A stretch of 25,175 nucleotides of DNA from assembly GCA_048887225.1 (NCBI GenBank), contig JBHLJY010000029.1:1-25175 (forward strand), read 5' to 3'. The stretch comes from Candidatus Hodarchaeota archaeon (GTDB lineage: Archaea > Asgardarchaeota > Lokiarchaeia > Sigyniarchaeales > SOKP01). The stretch's first letter is position 1, and the number at the start of each line of letters is the position of its first letter. The notes below the pieces were generated by a model that searched no databases, had not been told where the DNA came from, and worked only from the letters and a program-made list of their open reading frames with translations. Both the position numbers and the translations under genes were made by a program. Of the stretch, positions 7,669 through 15,119 are shown in pieces.

Positions 7669-8718
7669 TTGAGTGAAGATATTCCGATTTGGAGAATTAA
7701 ATATTTACCAAGAACGTTGGATGATATTTGCGGTAGGGAAAAAATTAAGGAAAGATTAAAAAAAATTATTAAGCAGAGAAATTTTCCACATCTTTTATTC
7801 GTAGGCTCTGAAGGTATTGGGAAAACAACTTTAACAACTTTATTTTCAAAAGAATTCCTTGGTAGATATTATGATGCGAATTTTAAATTGGTATATGCCA
7901 ATGTTCCGTTAACGGTGGAGGAAAGAAAGCAAGCGGAGGCTGAAGTACATGTTCCAACAAGTAGAATTGGAAGTACGGCGGGGAAAACTTTTAGACCACC
8001 TTGGTTTATTCAGGCTAGAGTTAAACCTTTTGTTCAATTGAAAGTGTTTGGAGACGTCCCTTTCAAAATCTTGATTATTAAAAATTTTGATGCCCTAAAT
8101 AATACCAATATGCAAGGTTTTAGAAGGGTAATGGAAATTTATGGTTCTAATTGTAGAATGATCTTGATAACAACTAAAATTTCTGGAGTAATTGACCCTA
8201 TTGTGAGTCGATGCCAATTGTTTTTAATTTCTCAAGTAGATCTTGACTCTTTTAAAGAATTAATGAATAAAATTGCTGATAATGAATCGTTTGAAATTGA
8301 AGACAATGTTATAGAAACACTTTATAATATTTCTGAGGGAAAACTATCTCGAGCGATAGATATATTGCAATTATCAAGTATAAGTGGAAAAACCATAGAT
8401 TCGAATAAGTTGTTTGTATATTCTCAAAAATTTCAAAATGATTTAATTAGGAGTTTATTATTGATGGCATTAAGAGGAGACTTTCCAAAATCAAGAGATC
8501 TCTCGCGAAATATCATATCCACTTATAAGTACACACCTCACGAGCTTTTTAATATCATACTTAACGAACTTAATAAACTGCCGCTAAGTAAATTTGCCCG
8601 AGCCCATTTAATTAATTTAATTGCTGATGCTGATTTCAGGGCTCTCGATAGTCTAGATGGAGACATTCAAATATCTGCGTTGTTGTCAAAAATTTGCTTA
8701 TTTTCAGAACATTTATAA
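7669..8718 (+). CDS. Divergent second replication factor C small subunit (RFC-S2-like), predicted ATPase-inactive
   Basis: IWRIKYLP, PHLLFVGSEGIGKT, RRVME, IDPIVSRC and a C-terminal collar (ADADFR...IQISALL) are RFC-S-like. Walker B reads IIKNFD and sensor-2 reads GKLS. TTG start after a GAGG motif. Confidence 0.9.
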   Translation: MSEDIPIWRIKYLPRTLDDICGREKIKERLKKIIKQRNFPHLLFVGSEGIGKTTLTTLFSKEFLGRYYDANFKLVYANVPLTVEERKQAEAEVHVPTSRIGSTAGKTFRPPWFIQARVKPFVQLKVFGDVPFKILIIKNFDALNNTNMQGFRRVMEIYGSNCRMILITTKISGVIDPIVSRCQLFLISQVDLDSFKELMNKIADNESFEIEDNVIETLYNISEGKLSRAIDILQLSSISGKTIDSNKLFVYSQKFQNDLIRSLLLMALRGDFPKSRDLSRNIISTYKYTPHELFNIILNELNKLPLSKFARAHLINLIADADFRALDSLDGDIQISALLSKICLFSEHL

Positions 8719-8736
8719 GAAATAATGGTGAAAAAA

Positions 8737-10098
8737 TTGGCTAAAAAAAAATCTGTCAAATTAAACGTTCCATGGGTCGAAAAGTACCGGCCCAAAAGTG
8801 TCAAAGAAATGGCCCTCCCAACAGCTAAAGTTGGCGGGCATAGAGTTAATTTGGCAGAAGATTTAACGAAGTTTATAAAAAATTTTTTCAAAGAAATGAA
8901 AAGAATAAATGCTGAAAATAAACTTATCAGAGCAAATAATAGAACTGCTTCGGAAAAAGTAAAGAAAGAAGAGATAAAAATGGCTCCTGAAAGAGCAGCA
9001 GTATTATTAGAAGGACCGCCTGGAATTGGAAAAACTTCTATTGTTTATGCTTTAGCAAACGATTTAAATATGGAAGTGATTGAAACAAATGCTTCTGATA
9101 CTCGAACAAGAGAAGCACTCGAAAATAAATTGAAAGAAACTATTAAATCTCGAGGGATTATGGATTTTGTGGCTCAATCAAAAAAAAAACTCATTCTTAT
9201 TGACGAGATCGACGGCATTTATGGAACGAGAGATAGAGGAGCAGTTCCCACAATAGTGGATTTAATTCAAAATACACAATTTCCGATTATTATGTGCTCC
9301 AACGCGTACAAACAAAGTTTACAACCACTTTATAACAAAATTCGAAAGTTTGAAGTTCATTCATTATCTGAAGATGATATGATAAAAATTGCTCAAAACA
9401 TTCTCAGAAAAGAAAATATTATAAATCTTAAAAAGGATGATTTGGACCTTATCGTTAAAAAGAACAATGGTGATTTAAGAGGTGTTATTAATGATATTCA
9501 GGGAATTGCTCAAGGTTCGACTGAAATAGATAATAAAGAGTTAATATATAGTTTAAATAGGGACAGTACAGAGGAGATTTTTGCGTTAATTAGAGATTTA
9601 TTTCAAAAAACTACAACATTAAGAGAAGTTCGAGATTTAACTGATAAATCGGATGTCGATTATAATTTTTTATATAAATGGGTAAACGAAAATCTACCAA
9701 CATTCATTAAAATCAATAAAGAACTAGCAAACGCTTACGAAAATCTCTCTTTGGCTGATGAGATTTTTGGACGTATTCGAAAAAATCAATACTGGGGGTT
9801 GCTGCCTTATTTTTACGATCTCTTTACTGGGGGAGTCAGCCTGGCACAATTACATAAAACTAGCGGTTTTCGAAGAGTTTTATTCCCGAGATATGTGATA
9901 GGAGGAGCATTCTCTTTAACCAATGCCGAGAAGGATTTAATTGAAAAAATTAATAAAACTTACGATATATCGCAAATTGAAGCAATACAAGACTTTATTC
10001 CATTCTTAAAGATTTTATGCAACAGTTCACGACGACAATTAAAAAACATTAGTGAGTGGCTTGAATTAGATGCGAAAGAAAAGAAGTTATTAAAATGA
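8737..10098 (+). CDS. rfcL: Replication factor C large subunit
   Basis: PWVEKYRPKS, Walker A GPPGIGKTS, ETNASD, KKLILIDEIDG, GDLRGVINDIQ, WVNEN, AYENLSLAD, YWGLLPY. Start placed at TTG 8737 (GGTGA SD 5 nt upstream); the ORF track gives ATG 8725. Confidence 0.93.
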   Translation: MAKKKSVKLNVPWVEKYRPKSVKEMALPTAKVGGHRVNLAEDLTKFIKNFFKEMKRINAENKLIRANNRTASEKVKKEEIKMAPERAAVLLEGPPGIGKTSIVYALANDLNMEVIETNASDTRTREALENKLKETIKSRGIMDFVAQSKKKLILIDEIDGIYGTRDRGAVPTIVDLIQNTQFPIIMCSNAYKQSLQPLYNKIRKFEVHSLSEDDMIKIAQNILRKENIINLKKDDLDLIVKKNNGDLRGVINDIQGIAQGSTEIDNKELIYSLNRDSTEEIFALIRDLFQKTTTLREVRDLTDKSDVDYNFLYKWVNENLPTFIKINKELANAYENLSLADEIFGRIRKNQYWGLLPYFYDLFTGGVSLAQLHKTSGFRRVLFPRYVIGGAFSLTNAEKDLIEKINKTYDISQIEAIQDFIPFLKILCNSSRRQLKNISEWLELDAKEKKLLK

Positions 10099-10161
10099 AT
10101 TTATAAAGAATCAAAAAAACTTTCAACAACTATAAGAACAGAAATCCTAAAATTTTTAAAA

Positions 10162-10536
10162 TTATTCAACAGATACAGTTACCGCAGCATTACATATAAT
10201 CATATTATCTGAAGTATCACCTAATTCCTTAATCATAATACCTTGAGCAACGAGCCCACCTTCCACCACTTCAATAGATTTTACCCCGAACGGAATCGCT
10301 TTCAACATTTTCTTATTATCTATATTTTTAGGAAATGGAGCTCCAATCTTTACGTGTACTTTCATACGCATAAGTTCTTTAGGGTCTCTAATACCACATA
10401 TATCCGATAATCCACACAAACAATTATTAGAGATTGCATTTTTAATTGCCTTTATCGCAGCATTAGTACAGTCGTTATTATGCCCGTGTTGGTCAACACC
10501 CATTCCAATTTGTACAATAAATTTCTTCTCACTCAT
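10162..10536 (-). CDS. Lin0512 family conserved protein
   Basis: The motifs GMGVDQHG..D.TNAAIKAI.NAI, V.IG.P, IPFG...I.VV.GGL and C-terminal NAAVTV match the Lin0512 family. ATG at 10536 is preferred over the GTG at 10545. Confidence 0.85.
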   Translation of the reverse strand: MSEKKFIVQIGMGVDQHGHNNDCTNAAIKAIKNAISNNCLCGLSDICGIRDPKELMRMKVHVKIGAPFPKNIDNKKMLKAIPFGVKSIEVVEGGLVAQGIMIKELGDTSDNMIICNAAVTVSVE

Positions 10537-10696
10537 TCTTAACACAAATTTTGAAATATTATTTTGTATTACATCTAATAAAATTCCTTTATTGTTAAAG
10601 ATAAGGAATAGGCGTAAAAAAAAGAATTAGATTAAAATAGAGAATTATATTAACCAAATTATTATAAAAAATTTATTATAAATAATGGTGACTAAC

Positions 10697-12232
10697 ATGT
10701 CCAAAGTTAAAAGTGCCTATAAAGAAATAGAAGATGTGATTGGACCTGATTACATTACAGATAAAGATTTCATGAAAGCTGCGTATTCTCGTAATGTAGA
10801 TCCTTCCTTTCCTGATAGATGGGCTGATATGATTGTGAGACCAGAGACCACAGAAGAAGTTTCGGAGATCGTAAAGATTGCGAATAAATACAAAATTCAT
10901 ATGGTTCCTCGAGGGGGTGGCGCTGATCTAGTAGGTGGCTCAGTTTCAGAAGGGGGAATTTTAATTGACCTTACAAGAATGAATCACATTTTAGAGGTTA
11001 ATGAAGATGATTACTACATTATAGTTGAATGCGGTGTTACATGGGGGGCTTTACTTTCAGAATTGCACCCAAGAGGATATACAACAGGTGTTATCGGACC
11101 AGGAAGTGGTTTTGCTGCAACTATAGGTGGAGGGCTTTCTAATAGCACTGCTGGTGGTGGCTCGACTAAATATGGGTTAGTTCCAGATATATGTTTAGGC
11201 GTTGAAGTTGTATTACCCAATCCTCAAGGAACAATTATAAAAACAGGAGCAGCTGCCAATAAATACGCTAAACCATTCTGTCGATATGGAGTTGCACCAG
11301 ATTTTACTGGTCTCTTTATGGGAGATGTAGGAACAATGGGGATTAAAACAAAAGCGTACATGAGAATCTTCCCAGATCCACCATATAAAGCACAAAGAAG
11401 TTATATGCTTCATAAGAACGATTATAATAAAGTATTTGAACTTGCACATAATCTACGGAATGAACTTGGGAATGGTTTAGTTAACTTATCCGTTCTTCCA
11501 CTTATGGTAATTCAGCTTTTGGCGTCTACAGTAAAGGAAAAACCTAAAAAAAGAACAAGATTAAGAGGTCCCGCTTTTGGGATAATGGTTGAAGCAACTG
11601 ATCCACGAATATTAGACGTTCACCTTGAAAAAGTTGAAGAGATCATGACAAAAGATGAAGTGTCTCGTCGGTTTGAATGGGACGAAATCGATCCAAGCTT
11701 AGTATCCCCAAAAGAATGGAGCTATAATTTAAAACAGACTTTTAATTACTTTCAGAGATATATTTCAGTAGCCCCTCCAAAAGTATCATGTACTACTTGT
11801 CATAAGGTGCCAATCTCAAATCTACCCCAAATTTCACAAAAGGCACAAGAATTCGATAGTACGCATAGAAGCGAATTTCCACCTGGAAGTATGTCTTTTT
11901 GGTCCACGATTGTATATTTTTTACCTAATGGAAACTGTGTTCTTGTTGGGGGGTTTAATGCTGATAATTTAGATGACCAACGTGAAATTTCGATGAATTT
12001 GTGGCATAAGAAATTAAGGCATCAAGTTCGGTATGGTGGAGTTCATTACTGGCTTGGCGAATCAATTTCGCAATCAATTCTTGAAGCTGATGCTTATTCC
12101 CCAGAATTTGTACAATTTTTCAGAGATATGAAAAAAGCAGTGGATCCTAATTACTTATTATCTCCAAATAAATTCCATTTATATTCCTACGATTATGATT
12201 ATACAAAACATATTGTAAAAGACGAAGAATAA
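10697..12232 (+). CDS. FAD-binding oxidoreductase (FAD_binding_4 / GlcD-DLD superfamily), copy 1
   Basis: VRPETTEEV, PRGGG..L.GG, IDLTRMN, ATIGG, KYG, G.EVVLP, G..GTMGI, K...DP..LLSP.K. Start at ATG 10697 (GGTGA 5 nt upstream; N-terminus MSKVK matches its paralog). Confidence 0.9.
   Translation: MSKVKSAYKEIEDVIGPDYITDKDFMKAAYSRNVDPSFPDRWADMIVRPETTEEVSEIVKIANKYKIHMVPRGGGADLVGGSVSEGGILIDLTRMNHILEVNEDDYYIIVECGVTWGALLSELHPRGYTTGVIGPGSGFAATIGGGLSNSTAGGGSTKYGLVPDICLGVEVVLPNPQGTIIKTGAAANKYAKPFCRYGVAPDFTGLFMGDVGTMGIKTKAYMRIFPDPPYKAQRSYMLHKNDYNKVFELAHNLRNELGNGLVNLSVLPLMVIQLLASTVKEKPKKRTRLRGPAFGIMVEATDPRILDVHLEKVEEIMTKDEVSRRFEWDEIDPSLVSPKEWSYNLKQTFNYFQRYISVAPPKVSCTTCHKVPISNLPQISQKAQEFDSTHRSEFPPGSMSFWSTIVYFLPNGNCVLVGGFNADNLDDQREISMNLWHKKLRHQVRYGGVHYWLGESISQSILEADAYSPEFVQFFRDMKKAVDPNYLLSPNKFHLYSYDYDYTKHIVKDEE
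10811..10926 (+). repeat. Near-identical 116-nt tract shared with 12394..12509
   Basis: Direct comparison gives 3 mismatches in 116 nt, all synonymous. Confidence 0.9.
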
Positions 12233-12279
12233 GTAATCAATATAAAAATTATATAAAAAACAAATTTAAGTGAAAATAA

Positions 12280-13821
12280 ATGTCAAAGGTTAAAAATGCG
12301 TTTAAAGAAATTGAGGATGTAATAGGGGCAGAGTTTATAACGGATAAAGATTTCATGAAAGCCGCTTATTCTCGTAATGTTGACCCTGCTTTCCCTGATA
12401 GATGGGCTGATATGATTGTGAGACCAGAAACCACAGAAGAAGTTTCGGAAATCGTAAAGATTGCGAATAAATACAAAATTCATATGGTTCCTCGAGGTGG
12501 TGGCGCTGACCTCGTAGGAGGTTCCGTAACAGAAGGCGGGATTCTTATAGATCTTACTAGAATGAATAATATTTTAGAAATTAATGAAGATGATTATTAT
12601 TGTGAAGTTGAATGTGGAATCACCTGGGGTGCGTTATTATCAGAATTGCATCCAAGAGGGTATACTACAGGGGTTCTTGGTCCAGGTTCTGGATTTAGTG
12701 CTACAATCGGTGGAGGACTTTCAAATGCTACTGTAGGTTTTGGATCGACTAAATATGGAGTAGTACCAGATATATGTCTAGGCGTTGAAGTAGTTCTTCC
12801 TAATCCTCAAGGAACCATCATTCGAACAGGAGCAGCAGCTAATAAATATGCAAGACCATTTTGCCGCTATGGAGTCGCACCTGATTTTACAGGTTTATTT
12901 ATGGGTGATGTCGGGACAATGGGAATTAAAACTAAAGCTTTTTTACGACTTCATCCAGATAGTCCATACAAAATAATGAGACATTATATACTCAACAAAA
13001 ACGATTATAATAAAGTTTTTGAACTAGCACATAGATTACGCAATGAAGTTGGTAGTGGAATACGTGATTTAATTGTTGTACCAACCATAATTGTTCAGCT
13101 TATGGCGAGTCAAACTGAAAATAAACCTGCTAAAAGACCGAGGTTGAGAGGTCCCGTTTTTACAATACATCTAGAGGCATTTGATCAACGAATATTAGAT
13201 ATTTACTTAGAAAAAGTTGATAAGATTATGACGAAAGATGGTGTTGCTCGACTATTTGAATTTCAAGAACTCACTTTAGACGCAGAATTAGCGAAGGATT
13301 GGAATTTTAATTTAAAGTACGCTTTTAACTTTTTTAATTTAGCAATATCAACAGCTCCACCTAAGATTTCCTGCACCACTTGCCATAAGGTTCCAATCTC
13401 TTCCATGGCACCACTTGTAAAAAAAGCTACTGAATTTGATACCAAATACCAAAAATTAGGTGAGTTTCCACCTGGAAGTATGTCGATATTTGCTATGGTC
13501 ATATTTTTTCTGCCTAACGGCGGATGCGTATTCGTTGGGGGTTTTAACGCTGATAATTTAGATGATCAACGCAAAATTGCGATGAATATATGGCATAAAA
13601 AAATTAGACATCAAGTTCGGTATGGAGGTGTGCACTATTGGCTAGGGGAGGCAATTTCACAATCTATAGTTGAATCTGATGCTTACACACCTGAATTTGT
13701 ACAATTCTTTAGGGATATGAAAAAAGCAGTGGATCCTAATTACTTATTATCTCCTAATAAATTCCACATGTATAGTTATGATTATGATATTTCAAAGCAT
13801 ATTATAAAAGATGATGAATAA
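12280..13821 (+). CDS. FAD-binding oxidoreductase (FAD_binding_4 / GlcD-DLD superfamily), copy 2
   Basis: Tandem paralog of 10697..12232 with the same FAD-binding motifs and a diverged central cap domain. Confidence 0.9.
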   Translation: MSKVKNAFKEIEDVIGAEFITDKDFMKAAYSRNVDPAFPDRWADMIVRPETTEEVSEIVKIANKYKIHMVPRGGGADLVGGSVTEGGILIDLTRMNNILEINEDDYYCEVECGITWGALLSELHPRGYTTGVLGPGSGFSATIGGGLSNATVGFGSTKYGVVPDICLGVEVVLPNPQGTIIRTGAAANKYARPFCRYGVAPDFTGLFMGDVGTMGIKTKAFLRLHPDSPYKIMRHYILNKNDYNKVFELAHRLRNEVGSGIRDLIVVPTIIVQLMASQTENKPAKRPRLRGPVFTIHLEAFDQRILDIYLEKVDKIMTKDGVARLFEFQELTLDAELAKDWNFNLKYAFNFFNLAISTAPPKISCTTCHKVPISSMAPLVKKATEFDTKYQKLGEFPPGSMSIFAMVIFFLPNGGCVFVGGFNADNLDDQRKIAMNIWHKKIRHQVRYGGVHYWLGEAISQSIVESDAYTPEFVQFFRDMKKAVDPNYLLSPNKFHMYSYDYDISKHIIKDDE

Positions 13822-15064
13822 AAAAGGTGAAAATAAAATTACTGAATTTAATCCAAAGGAAAAGTTTAAGCATTTAGCCAAATTAGGCGAGATGGTATTG
13901 CAATGCATAAGTTGTGGTGATTGTAGAGAACAGACAGATTATACAGGAGATCCTCCAAAGTGGGGTGTTTGCGTGGCAAAAGAGAACACTCCTGGTTTTG
14001 AACCTTATTTTGCAAGAGGCAAAATGCAAATAATTCGTTCTCTTTGGCAAGGTAAATTAGATCTAAGCAAAGACATGGCTGAGGTAATTTATCAATGTCC
14101 TACATGTAATGCATGCGCAGATGCATGTGCTTACGATATGGATAATGCCGCTTTTTATGAGGCTTTAAGAGCCGAACTAGTGGACGCTGGCTGTGGTTTA
14201 GAAGCACACGTGCCAATGAATAAAGCGATGGTTGAGTTATTAAACCCTTACCAACGGGATAATAAAGAAAAAAAAGATTGGTTGGGAAAACTTGATTTTA
14301 AGGTAAAGGATGCTAATACTGAGAAAGCAGATTTTGTTTATTTTGTTGGCTGTACTGCTGCGATTAGTCCAGAAATTCAAACAGTAGCAATAAATACCGC
14401 AAAAGTCCTTAATAAACTAGGAATTGATTTTTCTGTTTTTGGAGAACATGAAATATGTTGCGGAAGCGTTGGCATAAGAACAGGAGATCTTTCTGTTTTT
14501 AATTCAGTGGCAACTAAAAATTATGAATTATTTAAAAAGAGCGGAGTAAAGACTATAATAACAAGTTGTGCTGGTTGCTATAGAACTTTAAAAACGGATT
14601 ATACTGATTACCTTGAGGATCTAGATATTAAAGTACTTCATACAATTGAATTAGTTCGTAATATTATAAACGAAAAAAATATTCATTTAAACCATTTAGG
14701 AATCACTGCTACATATCATGATCCTTGCCACACGGGAAGAAATTCAGGATTAAAAGAAGGAGTTAATCCCCTTTACGAAGAACCGAGAGAAATTCTAAGT
14801 AAAGTTGCTAATTTAATCGAAATGAAAACAATTAAACAAAGTACTAAATGTTGTGGAGCTGGAGGAGGCGTAAAAAAGGGATTCCCTGAATTAGCGCTAG
14901 AGATTGCTAAAGCTAGAGTTCAGGAAGCAGAGGAAACAGGAGCAGAGTATTTAGTATCAATTTGTCCTTTCTGTTATAGAAACTTGTATGATGCAATTCA
15001 GTTATTAAACTCTGAAATTAAGATGGTTGATCTGATGGAATTAATAGATCAAGCCTTAAATTAA
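13811..15064 (+). CDS. Fe-S binding protein with 4Fe-4S dicluster and two CCG domains (GlcF/HdrD-like)
   Basis: CISCGDC...C and CPTCNACADAC, plus CCG-domain motifs YFVGC, ICCG, SCAGC, YHDPC, KCCG, ICPFC. The true start may be ATT at 13838. Confidence 0.9.
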   Translation: MMNKKGENKITEFNPKEKFKHLAKLGEMVLQCISCGDCREQTDYTGDPPKWGVCVAKENTPGFEPYFARGKMQIIRSLWQGKLDLSKDMAEVIYQCPTCNACADACAYDMDNAAFYEALRAELVDAGCGLEAHVPMNKAMVELLNPYQRDNKEKKDWLGKLDFKVKDANTEKADFVYFVGCTAAISPEIQTVAINTAKVLNKLGIDFSVFGEHEICCGSVGIRTGDLSVFNSVATKNYELFKKSGVKTIITSCAGCYRTLKTDYTDYLEDLDIKVLHTIELVRNIINEKNIHLNHLGITATYHDPCHTGRNSGLKEGVNPLYEEPREILSKVANLIEMKTIKQSTKCCGAGGGVKKGFPELALEIAKARVQEAEETGAEYLVSICPFCYRNLYDAIQLLNSEIKMVDLMELIDQALN

Positions 15065-15067
15065 TTG

Positions 15068-15075
15068 TTTTTTTT
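15068..15075 (+). terminator. Oligo-T terminator candidate after the FAD/FAD/Fe-S unit
   Basis: T8 run starting 4 nt after the stop at 15064. Confidence 0.45.
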
Positions 15076-15119
15076 AAATATAATAAATATTTAATTTTAA
15101 AAAGGGTGAAATTAGAAAT

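Noticed and set aside
6675-8718. Inteins or a split/pseudogenised rfcS
   Set aside because: Both small-subunit ORFs are full length with no intein motifs. The losses in S2 are confined to cis-catalytic residues, not random decay.
10096-10212. TGA readthrough of rfcL giving a ~37-aa extension containing a weak PIP-like RTEILKFL, or Sec recoding
   Set aside because: The extension runs into the convergent Lin0512 gene and lacks the PIP Gln. I see no SECIS-like hairpin and no Cys-equivalent position.
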